32,000 nucleotides of DNA from Ignicoccus islandicus DSM 13165 (GCF_001481685.1 NZ_CP006867.1:60001-92000); one strand, 5' to 3'. Positions 7,934-17,043 are shown, counted from the stretch's first letter. Program-made: numbers and translations. The notes: generated from the sequence alone by a model not told the origin.

Positions 7934-9412
7934 ATGAAAGTACTGGAGCTTTCTAAGTCAGACAAGTTTAATGAAATTCCTAGGGTATCGGCGGACGATC
8001 TAGAAAACACCTTGAAGAGGGAAAGCGTTATAGTAATTGGGAAACTCGAGGAAGTAATGAATTTCGCGAAGAAGCTAGATCTCAACAAATACGTTGAGAG
8101 ACTTTTCATATGCCCAGAAGATCTCTGTCCTGAGGAAGAATTACTTAAGGTGGCCAAAGAAGCAGACAAGTGGATCTATACTTACTCCATAAAATTCGGT
8201 GAACTGCCTAAAGGTAAGGTGTCGAGGAAAGACGTCATCAAATCAATAGTCTCAATTTCGACTAAGAAGGAATTAGTGAAACTTCCAATAGTAAATGAAG
8301 GGGCGCTTTGTCTCTCACCCTATTGTACTAAATGCAAAGACGTGTGTAAATGGGAAGCCATAAGGTTGAGGGATAACTACGTTTCGATTGATCCCGATAA
8401 ATGCGTTTCGTGTGGTGATTGCGTTGCCGTATGTCCTCAAAGGGTTCTTTCCATGCCCGGTTTCGATGACAGGGCACTAGGTCGTTTAGAAAACGTCAAG
8501 AAGATATGGTTGTTGGAGCCAAGTGAAATCTTCCCGGAAGCGTTTTCGAAAGAGAGTCTAGTTCTCTTTTGGAACCCCCGAGATGAGTTAGTGAAAATAC
8601 TCCGATCCCTCGGTTTCGAGGTATGCTACGGAGGCGAATGTTACGAAGAGTTACCGGAAAAGCTTTCCAATTGCAAGTTCGTTCAATTGATCGATGATCA
8701 GCACGTAAAGAGACTTCGGATTAGAGGCTGGCCCGGTTCTTATAAGGTTAAGATAGATGAGAAGCTTTGCACCTTCTGTTTGCAGTGCGTAAACGTTTGC
8801 CCAACTCATGCTCTCGAACACGTTTTCTTGGATCCAGTTAGGAAATCTATACAGTTTTACCCCTCTAATTGCATAGGTTGCGAGGCATGCGTTAATGCAT
8901 GTCCTCCTAACAAAGGAATAATTGAGATGGGAATTGATACAATAAGAGTCATTGAACTCGAGGAGGCGAACGAGAGCGAATGTAACTCAGAGACCTTGGT
9001 TACTGAAGGGGGGAAGGAATTCCAATGCTTCCTTTGCGGGAAACCGATCGACGTATCTCCTAGCTCGTTCATAGAGCTCTACAATACTCTCAAGACCCTC
9101 TCTACAATTGCAATGGATTCGATAGACTTGGAGACCTTATATTCAGCGCTGCTGCCCTTGTTGCAGACAATAGCATGTAATGAATGCTCAGATAAGTTAG
9201 CTATGGTAATTAATGAGAAGGCGAAGAAGGCTATACTTAGGTTGGCCTTACTCTACCTATCCTGTATATACCGGAGAAAGAGGCTGATACCGGGAGACCC
9301 CCTCGAAATCGAAGACTTGGTTGAGAAGCTGGGTCTGAGCACCATTAATGATCCTTGTTACGAGTGGGAACGAAGAATAGAGCTATTTAAAGTCGACGAT
9401 TTGATAACTTGA
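7934..9412 (+). CDS. Multi-[4Fe-4S] ferredoxin-type iron-sulfur protein with extra domains
   Basis: Four Cys motifs: CLSPYCTKCKDVC, CVSCGDCVAVCP, CTFCLQCVNVCP, CIGCEACVNACP; plus C-terminal CFLCGKP...CNEC. Confidence 0.85.
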   Translation: MKVLELSKSDKFNEIPRVSADDLENTLKRESVIVIGKLEEVMNFAKKLDLNKYVERLFICPEDLCPEEELLKVAKEADKWIYTYSIKFGELPKGKVSRKDVIKSIVSISTKKELVKLPIVNEGALCLSPYCTKCKDVCKWEAIRLRDNYVSIDPDKCVSCGDCVAVCPQRVLSMPGFDDRALGRLENVKKIWLLEPSEIFPEAFSKESLVLFWNPRDELVKILRSLGFEVCYGGECYEELPEKLSNCKFVQLIDDQHVKRLRIRGWPGSYKVKIDEKLCTFCLQCVNVCPTHALEHVFLDPVRKSIQFYPSNCIGCEACVNACPPNKGIIEMGIDTIRVIELEEANESECNSETLVTEGGKEFQCFLCGKPIDVSPSSFIELYNTLKTLSTIAMDSIDLETLYSALLPLLQTIACNECSDKLAMVINEKAKKAILRLALLYLSCIYRRKRLIPGDPLEIEDLVEKLGLSTINDPCYEWERRIELFKVDDLIT

Positions 9413-9452
9413 TATTAAGGTTCCTCGAGACGTTCAAGACGGTAGATAGTAT

Positions 9453-10739
9453 ATGGCTGGAATAGCGGGCGTCTTGGCGTTTGACCCGGCATGGAACGTT
9501 GCTAGGTTCAATTATTACTCTTTGTTAGCTCTCCAGCATAGGGGACAAGAAGAAGCTTGTATGTTTGTTAGCGACGGTACCAAGATAGAGTGGATTTGTG
9601 GGAAGGGTTTCGTGGATGAAGTTCTCCCTAGAGCTACTGAACTTCCGGGTTGGGCTTCCATTGGAGGCGTCTGGAGCGAAGTGCCCGGATACTACGGTTT
9701 CGCGGAAGGAGACGTTGAGGTCGCGGTAGTAGTGGATGGTAGAATATTTAACGGAACCCCGAAGGACGTGGCTACTGAAATTTCTATGGCAAGGAGCGAG
9801 GGAGTGAGCGGCGTCGAACTCGCTGAGAAGGTCTTAAGGAAATTCAAAGGTACCTTTTCGCTCTTAGCGCTCACTTCCGAAGGAGAAATTATCGCTTATA
9901 GGTCACCCCCAGGCTTGAGGCCGCTTCAGTTAGGTGGGTTCGGTTTCGATATGGCCGTTTTCGCTACGGAAAGCGTTGCCTTCGACGTAATCGGTGCTGA
10001 CCTAAAGAAGGACTTCGACGCAGCAGAAGCTATTTACGTTAATCAACTGGTAATGGAAAGGAGGAAGCTCTATAACGTTCAGAAGAAACTATGTGTGTTC
10101 GAATATATATACAACGCGAGACCCGATAGCGTGATTGATGGTATAGAAGTATATAAGGTTAGAGAGAGACTTGGAAGAGAACTCGCTAAATTATATCCCA
10201 GAGACGTGGACGCGGTCGTTGGAGTTCCCGAAACGGCCCTACCCTTCGCTATCGGATATTCTAAGGAATCTGGAAAACCGTACGACATGGGCTTCGTTGC
10301 TACTGGGAGGAAGGCACGCACAGCGATAAGAGTTAACCTTATGGAAAGGGTCATAGGAGTTCAATTGAAGCTCAATCCAATAAGATCTGTATTTAGAAGA
10401 AAGAGGGTGTTAATAATAGATGATAGCGTAGTCAGGGGCTTAACCCTAAAGACAGTCATTCAAACGCTAAGAAACAGAGTTGGTGCCGTTTCAGTTGACG
10501 TACTTATTGGAAGTCCCAAGATCATTTCGGAATGCAGGTACGGAGTCGAAGTACCGCCAGCGGATCAATTAATAGCTTCCCAAATGTCTGATGAAGAGAT
10601 AGCTAGGTACATTGGTGCCAGGAGCATTAACTGGCTACCTCCCGAGAAGTTACCGGAAATAATTGGCGTCGATGAGTCTCAACTCTGTATGGGTTGCTTT
10701 ACCGGGAAATATCCCGTTGAGACCGAAGAAGGAAAGTGA
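9453..10739 (+). CDS. Amidophosphoribosyltransferase-like (PurF family) protein with degenerate glutaminase domain
   Basis: LLALQHRGQEEA, PPGLRPLQLG, ATESVAFDVIGAD, EYIYNARPDSVIDG, VVGVPETA, VLIIDDSVVRGLT, CMGCFTGKYPVE. The N-terminus is MAGIAG instead of MCGI. Confidence 0.85.
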   Translation: MAGIAGVLAFDPAWNVARFNYYSLLALQHRGQEEACMFVSDGTKIEWICGKGFVDEVLPRATELPGWASIGGVWSEVPGYYGFAEGDVEVAVVVDGRIFNGTPKDVATEISMARSEGVSGVELAEKVLRKFKGTFSLLALTSEGEIIAYRSPPGLRPLQLGGFGFDMAVFATESVAFDVIGADLKKDFDAAEAIYVNQLVMERRKLYNVQKKLCVFEYIYNARPDSVIDGIEVYKVRERLGRELAKLYPRDVDAVVGVPETALPFAIGYSKESGKPYDMGFVATGRKARTAIRVNLMERVIGVQLKLNPIRSVFRRKRVLIIDDSVVRGLTLKTVIQTLRNRVGAVSVDVLIGSPKIISECRYGVEVPPADQLIASQMSDEEIARYIGARSINWLPPEKLPEIIGVDESQLCMGCFTGKYPVETEEGK

Positions 10740-10796
10740 TTCTACGCCAGCGTCCTTTTAAAGAATTAGCTAGTAGCGGAAGCGGAGACGGAACCC

Positions 10797-11219
10797 ATGA
10801 AGCTCGTAGTAATATCTCACGATCCGGATAGCGGAACCAACGTGGTTGTATTAGATAACGAATTGAATAAAGTAGTGAAACTGAAGGCTTTAACAGTTTT
10901 AGAGAACGAATGGAACCCAGATTTAGGTGAGTTCAGCGTACTTAGGGACAATTTAGAACTGGAATATCAGTTACCATTAAAGAAGGAGCAATACGAAGTA
11001 CTGAAGAACTTCAACATGAGGAAAGAAGGCAAAACAGTTAAAGTAAGTATACCTTACTACGTCATCATGTATCCGAAGTACGGATACGAAGGATCCCCCT
11101 ACGTAATATACCTCATTAGTCCTTACTTGGAGGACGCCATAGAGGACTTGAAGGCGTTAGCGCAACAAGCTTCTACGGGCGTGGCACAAGAACCACAAGA
11201 ACTATTAGAAGAGGAATAA
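10797..11219 (+). CDS. Conserved-looking hypothetical protein
   Basis: 140-aa ORF with an acidic C-terminus between two confident genes; no recognised motif. Confidence 0.65.
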   Translation: MKLVVISHDPDSGTNVVVLDNELNKVVKLKALTVLENEWNPDLGEFSVLRDNLELEYQLPLKKEQYEVLKNFNMRKEGKTVKVSIPYYVIMYPKYGYEGSPYVIYLISPYLEDAIEDLKALAQQASTGVAQEPQELLEEE

Positions 11220-11223
11220 AAAG

Positions 11224-12747
11224 TTACTTCTTCTTATCGGGCTTCTCTTCTGGGTTTATACCAGCTAGTTTGAGAGCTACGTCTTCCATTTCTTCTAACG
11301 GATAGAATCTCCTCATCCATATCCTTTGCGCCTCTGGGCTTCCAGCTCCGTGTACGCTTTCAATAAGGAACTCCACGCTTAACGTTAAGTTCTCTAGAAG
11401 CCTCAGTACCCTGTGTCTCCACTCAGCGGGGTAGTCCGGTAGACACTTCAGGTACTCTTGTAAGTACTTCCCTATCTTTTCGTTGATTAAGTCCTTGTAA
11501 GATGGTAAGGTACCTATTAAGCCGCCGGCGATGTCGTGGGCGAGTCTAGCTATCTCGTATGGGAACCTAGTGACCATCTGCTTCGTTACGTTGGCCATCA
11601 TTTGGTCTACGTAGTAAGTTCCTGAGGCAGCCTTCTTACCTTCCCATGCAGCTGCCAGACCACCGGCGTGCATCGATTCAGTAAGGAATATCATTTCAGT
11701 TAGCTTTTCTCTGATATGGCACTTATTGGCGATTCCCATCTGCTTCGCTAAGTGGTAAGACGCACCTATAATTACGTCCGCTAATCCGGGCTTGCATCCT
11801 CCGTAAGCTTGCCTGTGGTAGCTCGAGAATATCTCAACTAGCTCAGCAGCGAATTGATACTCTCCTAACATGAACACTCTCTCCCAAGGTACGAATACGT
11901 CATCAAAGATTACAATTGCCTCGGCTGGGAAGACGTTGGGTAGAGCATCAACGTCGGGCTTCTCGAACCTCCTCGTATCGTTCGTGTACCTACCGACGAC
12001 TAAGGTCACTCCTTCGGCATCTATCGGTACGGCGAAAGCTACGGCGAAGTCCTTGTCCTTCTCAGTCATGGCCCTCGTTGGCATCACTATCATTTCTTCG
12101 CTCGCTATTACACCAGTTATGTTTGCTTTGGCACCTCTAACTATAATTCCGTCGTCTCTGATTTCCTTTACGTGGACGTAGACGTCCTTATTTGGTTGCT
12201 CATGAGGTCTTAAGCTCCTAACGCCCTTGGCGTCCGTCATTACGCCGGCTAGGGCTATGTCCTCCTTTTGTACGTACTTAAGGAATTTCAGGAACCTCTC
12301 GTAGTAGCTACCGAAGTGCTCGAAGTGATCTGGTTTCTTGCCATGTTTCTTGTACCATTCGTCTATATCGTACGTAATGATGCTTATGGTATTGATTGCG
12401 TCCCAACCAACGCACCTCTGGAAGCACGAACCGGCTTTGTGGGATAACTTTCTGAAGTACTTTACTTTAATAGCTAAGTCCTTCGGGCTTTGATGTATGT
12501 GATTGAACCTGTTTACTTCCTCGTTAATGAATGGAGAGAACGCCCTAGCTAGGTGAACGTCCAGTTCCTTATCGTAGAAGCTGTCGTCCCACGGTGCCTT
12601 GTATGTCCATTCGAACGCCTTAACTGCTGGAAGAGTGAAGGGGTGTTTGGTTACGTCCTCAACCTCTTCGCCTAACACGTAGATCTTCGCTCTCCTCGAC
12701 CTTTCACTTAGCGCTTTTATGTACTCTTCGGGTCTTCTTAGTCCCAC
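11224..12747 (-). CDS. abfD: 4-hydroxybutyryl-CoA dehydratase (4Fe-4S/FAD)
   Basis: AGSCFQRCVGWDAIN (C-x3-C cluster ligands), SSYHRQAYGGCKPG (His and Cys ligands spaced by 7), KDFAVAFAVP, AGGLIGTLPSYKD. Confidence 0.95.
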   Translation of the reverse strand: MGLRRPEEYIKALSERSRRAKIYVLGEEVEDVTKHPFTLPAVKAFEWTYKAPWDDSFYDKELDVHLARAFSPFINEEVNRFNHIHQSPKDLAIKVKYFRKLSHKAGSCFQRCVGWDAINTISIITYDIDEWYKKHGKKPDHFEHFGSYYERFLKFLKYVQKEDIALAGVMTDAKGVRSLRPHEQPNKDVYVHVKEIRDDGIIVRGAKANITGVIASEEMIVMPTRAMTEKDKDFAVAFAVPIDAEGVTLVVGRYTNDTRRFEKPDVDALPNVFPAEAIVIFDDVFVPWERVFMLGEYQFAAELVEIFSSYHRQAYGGCKPGLADVIIGASYHLAKQMGIANKCHIREKLTEMIFLTESMHAGGLAAAWEGKKAASGTYYVDQMMANVTKQMVTRFPYEIARLAHDIAGGLIGTLPSYKDLINEKIGKYLQEYLKCLPDYPAEWRHRVLRLLENLTLSVEFLIESVHGAGSPEAQRIWMRRFYPLEEMEDVALKLAGINPEEKPDKKK

Positions 12748-12854
12748 AGTTACACCAGCCTATTCAACTGGTAAAGGTACTATATACTTATCTATACATT
12801 TTCCGAGCGCATTGTAATAGGAGCTATATGGAGTAATGTAATGGACGGCGAAAA

Positions 12855-13961
12855 TTGAGAGCCAGATACGAAATGTTAGGGGAAGCAACTTCATGCAATG
12901 AGAAAACGTTAAGCTTGACGATATACTATAATATAGAAAACAGCAAGCATTTACCTACTATATTAGCCGGACTTAAATCCATTTTGGACTTAGATGTAAG
13001 TTGTCACGAAGTAGCGTTAGTTGATAACGGTTCGAGCGACAATACACTCAAAATACTACGGGATTTCAGCCAAAAGTATCGGAACAGTAAAACGGTTCAC
13101 CTAATTAGGATCGGAAGGAACCTAGGCTTCTCTAGAGCTAATAACGTAGCCTACTACGCCTTGAGAGACGAGTACGGTCCCTATGAGTACGTTCTCCTGG
13201 TCAATAACGATGCAATAATACTTAGCGAACCAATCAAGATACTAATATCTATCTTACGAGAATTTGATGGAATTGGTGGCGTTCAAGGCATATTAATTAA
13301 CGAAGACGGAATAGATAGCGGTCCAATGGAATGGGATTACACTTCTTTTCCCTCGCGCCCCCTACTTTCTTGGAAATACGAGAAGAAGCTCGTTCGCTAT
13401 CCTCAAGTCACCCCCTTCCTCGATGGAGCCGTATCAATCTTCAAGGCTAGAGTCTTAGACGAGGTAGGATTCTTTGATCCGTTGAGTTTCATGTACGGCG
13501 ACGACTACGTTCTCGGTGCAAAGATATGGAAGGGGGGTTACGCCCTGCTCTTTGTTCCCGTGATCGTTGGTTATCACAAAAGGAGTGCAACGCTCTCAAG
13601 ATATTCTAACTTGTTCGCGTACTGGAGCTCGTATTACCATTCTTGTGCGGCCATAAGGTATTCCGAGGGAGCTTTTAGGATATGGAATTGCATGGGTATG
13701 TTATGGACAATAGCGAAGTCCCTTTCCGCTTACTTTTTGGAGATGAATGGGAGGCATTTGGATTGGGCTCGTGGCAGAATGGCTTCATTGATAGAATGTC
13801 CCGAGCTATCGCCCAAAGGATTCCCCCAATGGCCCGTCTTAATTGACGATAACCTCGTTTCGTCTATTATAGGGGAATTAACGTCGATCGTTGGAATTAA
13901 TGAAGCGTCTAGGAGGAAGTTGGATAAATTATTAAGGACCTTAAGGGAGCGTCTCGGATAG
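12855..13961 (+). CDS. Glycosyltransferase family 2 (rhamnosyltransferase-like)
   Basis: EVALVDNGSSDNTLKILRDFS, RNLGFSRANNVA, YVLLVNNDA, YGDDYVLGAKIWKGGYALLFVP. TTG start. Confidence 0.88.
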   Translation: MRARYEMLGEATSCNEKTLSLTIYYNIENSKHLPTILAGLKSILDLDVSCHEVALVDNGSSDNTLKILRDFSQKYRNSKTVHLIRIGRNLGFSRANNVAYYALRDEYGPYEYVLLVNNDAIILSEPIKILISILREFDGIGGVQGILINEDGIDSGPMEWDYTSFPSRPLLSWKYEKKLVRYPQVTPFLDGAVSIFKARVLDEVGFFDPLSFMYGDDYVLGAKIWKGGYALLFVPVIVGYHKRSATLSRYSNLFAYWSSYYHSCAAIRYSEGAFRIWNCMGMLWTIAKSLSAYFLEMNGRHLDWARGRMASLIECPELSPKGFPQWPVLIDDNLVSSIIGELTSIVGINEASRRKLDKLLRTLRERLG

Positions 13962-13995
13962 GGGCCCTTAACGAACCCTTCGGAGGCACGCGAAT

Positions 13996-15159
13996 TTGAG
14001 CGAAGGCGATATATTCCTCGATATCTTATTTAAGAGGTTACAGGTTAAGGAGAAGCCTGAACTGAAAGTCCCAAAGATAGGCTTAAAGGAACCCGAAGTA
14101 ACAGTAAATGAAATTGAAAACTTCTATGCTGTTGATGGAGGAGGTGGGCTGGCTAAACTGGATGGAGGAAGAACTTTCTATGTAGCAAGAGCCGTGGCGA
14201 CCTCGAGAGAGGATATAATAAGAGATCTTAGAGCTGAAGTAACCTATTGGCATAGTAAGCCCCTACTCGAAGCGATGAGGAGCGAGGTTGAATTGAAAGT
14301 AGCGCTTAGCGCTCCGGGAAACGCGGTAGTGATGGATGGATCGTACTACACAATGGTCACTAAATGGATGACTCGTATTCTCAGAATAGCACTTATGAGA
14401 GCTAAGCTCTCGGAAATAGTATCTTTTCAACCCACGATATCTGCCTTGAACCTACTGAATGAACTTTTATTGCGTAAAAAGATCGTTTTCATAGCTAAGA
14501 ACCCATCCTTCAAGTTCTTCAAGAACTACTACATATTAAGGAAGATGTACGAAGAAACGGGCGATGAGAAATACTTCTTGCTGATGAAGGAGCCTTTACT
14601 CAATAAGAAGGACTTGTTAACTGAGGCCAAAAGGAAATCGATTAGGGAGTACGTACTACTCTTACTTAACTCTGCCGTAACGGACGCTGATTTACTAGAG
14701 GGCGAAGGCCTCTCTTCAGCGTTAGAGTTACCTTTACCGAAGCAATTGAGGAAATTCGCATCGCCTTCGAAATGGAACGAAGTTTCTAAGATGGCGGCCG
14801 AATATTACGAACTAAGTGTGGGGGAGAGCCCGCGATTCGATCGTTTCAACGTATGTAATCTCAGAGTACCCCGTATCTGGTGGCTGAAAAAGGGAAAGGT
14901 TTTCTTAACTATTGAGGAACTCAGCGAGATATCTATATGCGCGCTAACTTCGATTCGCGAAAGGGAAATCGTCCCGAACTTAGCCCTTAGGATCTTAGGG
15001 AACGAACTGGAGTACCCACCGCTCCTAGAGGTAGCTCACATGCTGAGTACCCTCAGCTCCTCCCAATTGTTAAGCTACGTTAACCTCTTGTCCACTTCAA
15101 TGAACATAGGCATAGATGGTTTGAGGGAAGAATTGATATCCCTTTCGAGATCTAAGTGA
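13996..15159 (+). CDS. NurA-domain-like nuclease (tentative)
   Basis: FYAVDGGGGLAKLDGGRTFYVARAVAT and VVMDGSY resemble the acidic NurA motifs. TTG start. Confidence 0.55.
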   Translation: MSEGDIFLDILFKRLQVKEKPELKVPKIGLKEPEVTVNEIENFYAVDGGGGLAKLDGGRTFYVARAVATSREDIIRDLRAEVTYWHSKPLLEAMRSEVELKVALSAPGNAVVMDGSYYTMVTKWMTRILRIALMRAKLSEIVSFQPTISALNLLNELLLRKKIVFIAKNPSFKFFKNYYILRKMYEETGDEKYFLLMKEPLLNKKDLLTEAKRKSIREYVLLLLNSAVTDADLLEGEGLSSALELPLPKQLRKFASPSKWNEVSKMAAEYYELSVGESPRFDRFNVCNLRVPRIWWLKKGKVFLTIEELSEISICALTSIREREIVPNLALRILGNELEYPPLLEVAHMLSTLSSSQLLSYVNLLSTSMNIGIDGLREELISLSRSK

Positions 15160-15178
15160 GAAGTGGGGATAGAGCGAA

Positions 15179-15424
15179 TTGGTATTGAACGCTAATTTCC
15201 AAGACTATATAATAGTGGCCAATCCAGGGGACGTAGTGACCCCCTTTCAAAACTTGGCGACTACCGGAATCCTAACGCCTCTACAGAACTTAATACAAAA
15301 CACCATTGCAACTTATACTCCAGAATATATAGTACCGGCAACGATAATGTACGTAATAATATCGATGTTCATACTAGCCTTATTCCTTTACATTGTTACC
15401 AGGATCATTAGTCCGGTGATCTAA
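15179..15424 (+). CDS. Small membrane protein, one C-terminal TM segment
   Basis: 81-aa ORF with YIVPATIMYVIISMFILALFLYIVTRIISPVI; coupled to the next ORF by a 1-nt overlap. Confidence 0.6.
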   Translation: MVLNANFQDYIIVANPGDVVTPFQNLATTGILTPLQNLIQNTIATYTPEYIVPATIMYVIISMFILALFLYIVTRIISPVI

Positions 15425-15729
15425 TGATATATTACGTACCCGAATGGTTTTTGAAGCTCATAGCTGCTCTCTTCACCTTAGGGTTCTGGTACCAATCAAT
15501 TACACTTCTTAGTGCAAACGTGGCCCTCAATGAACCAACGAGGGGTTTCTGTGCGTTTGCGTACGATGCTTGGGCTTTGTTGGTCCTAACGTACGGCGGT
15601 TTCTACTTCACTGCCGTTTCGCTAGGCGTTGCTCCCTTTTCCGACCCCTTCCTCGCCTTCTTCTTCGTTACTACTTTCGCTGCCGGATTGGCCCTTCTTC
15701 CCCTTCTCTTGAACTGTCTCTTTAAATAG
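15424..15729 (+). CDS. Small multi-TM membrane protein
   Basis: 101-aa strongly hydrophobic ORF immediately after the previous one. Confidence 0.55.
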   Translation: MIYYVPEWFLKLIAALFTLGFWYQSITLLSANVALNEPTRGFCAFAYDAWALLVLTYGGFYFTAVSLGVAPFSDPFLAFFFVTTFAAGLALLPLLLNCLFK

Positions 15730-16158
15730 GATGTAGGTCCCGTCTTCAGTGTGAAGCAAGAGCGTTTTGAAATTACCCTTCACGTCGCCCTCGTAAACGT
15801 AGGTGTCTTTCGGTGCCTCCTTCCAATTCATTTCGTTTACGTTCGCTTCGGTCAAATTTTCGCTACTGACTGCCACTCTAAGTAATTTCGTGGGCCACTT
15901 AGCTAACGCGTATGAGCCCTTAACCTTTCCTAATACCGTTTTCTCGACTCTCCCCTCACTGGAACCCTTGATGTATTCTACTAATATATCATTCATAACG
16001 TCCATTTTTTCCATGGTTTCGATTAAGTCTTTTTGGAAGGACTTCATGTCCTTGAATTCGATAGATTTTTCCAGCGTGAGTACGCTTATTTTGACTCCAT
16101 TAACATCCAATTCCCTAACTCGATATATTCGCTTCCGTAGCTCCATCTTCTTCGCCAT
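15622..16158 (-). CDS. Hypothetical protein with acidic low-complexity C-terminus
   Basis: 178-aa ORF, charged and well composed; the C-terminal GSESSNEEEGEEGVGKG overlaps the opposite-strand membrane ORF. Confidence 0.7.
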   Translation of the reverse strand: MAKKMELRKRIYRVRELDVNGVKISVLTLEKSIEFKDMKSFQKDLIETMEKMDVMNDILVEYIKGSSEGRVEKTVLGKVKGSYALAKWPTKLLRVAVSSENLTEANVNEMNWKEAPKDTYVYEGDVKGNFKTLLLHTEDGTYILFKETVQEKGKKGQSGSESSNEEEGEEGVGKGSNA

Positions 16159-16215
16159 TTAAGGTTTCCAAATTGCCCCTTCTAAACTAAAATACTTCTA
16201 TGTAACCTCTTCATA

Positions 16216-17043
16216 GTGAGAGCCTTGATAGATCCTGAAGTTTCGGTGAAGAATTACGCGCGAATCGGATGGTTAAAGGTAGTTGAATATTCAGAACCCC
16301 TCTTAAATGCGGCGAAGGTAATGGTAGAGAACAAGATTAGACACGTCCCAATAGTTTCAAATAAGAAACTTATAGGTATGCTATCAGTGAAAGACGTAAT
16401 TGATAAGTTAAACGCGTTAAACATGCCCGATTTACTTAAGTCGGAAGTCGGTAAGCTCGGAAGCGGAAAGGTAATAGCTTCTAAGCCCGATGAGCCCCTC
16501 TGGCTAGCATTGAAGGTAATGAAGGAAGCTGACGTAGGTGCCTTACCAATAGTTAATGAGGAGGGCGAGGTGATAGGCATATTCACTGAAAGGGACGTAG
16601 TAACGCAAATCGCTCCTGAAATAGAATGGGACAAGAGCGTAAAGGAAGTTGGATTAGAGAACCCGAAGACGGTTGAGTTGGGTACGCCAATACTCGACGT
16701 AATATCTCTTATGAATGAAATGAAGATTAGGCACGTCCCAGTTGTTGATAGCTCCGGTGCGGTTAAAGGTATGGTAACAGCTCTGGACGTTATAGGATAT
16801 GCCCTAGAGAACGATCGTTACAAGAAGGGAATAAGGATATTCGAAGACGCAGTAGATACAATAATGAAGCAACCAGTATTCGTCCGAGAGGACGCAACCC
16901 TCAACGAAGCACTAAACGTATTAGCTAACAGTAATTACGATTACGTTCTAATTGTTGGCGAAGACTTAAAGTTAAAGGAAATACTAACCGACAGAGATGT
17001 ACTGAGGATAACTGCAGATCTTATGGAAAAGTTACACGGTTAA
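16216..17043 (+). CDS. Protein with four CBS domains
   Basis: Repeated IRHVPIVSNKKLIGMLSVKDVI, VGALPIVNEEGEVIGIFTERDVV, IRHVPVVDSSGAVKGMVTALDVI, YDYVLIVGEDLKLKEILTDRDVL. Confidence 0.9.
   Translation: MRALIDPEVSVKNYARIGWLKVVEYSEPLLNAAKVMVENKIRHVPIVSNKKLIGMLSVKDVIDKLNALNMPDLLKSEVGKLGSGKVIASKPDEPLWLALKVMKEADVGALPIVNEEGEVIGIFTERDVVTQIAPEIEWDKSVKEVGLENPKTVELGTPILDVISLMNEMKIRHVPVVDSSGAVKGMVTALDVIGYALENDRYKKGIRIFEDAVDTIMKQPVFVREDATLNEALNVLANSNYDYVLIVGEDLKLKEILTDRDVLRITADLMEKLHG

Noticed and set aside
11870-12181. 103-aa ORF on the plus strand inside abfD (and 11916..12140)
   Set aside because: Antisense to a highly conserved dehydratase; composition is explained by the complementary codons.
15803-16162. 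119-aa plus-strand ORF opposite 15622..16158
   Set aside because: F/S/T/I-rich composition typical of antisense frames; the minus-strand ORF looks more protein-like.
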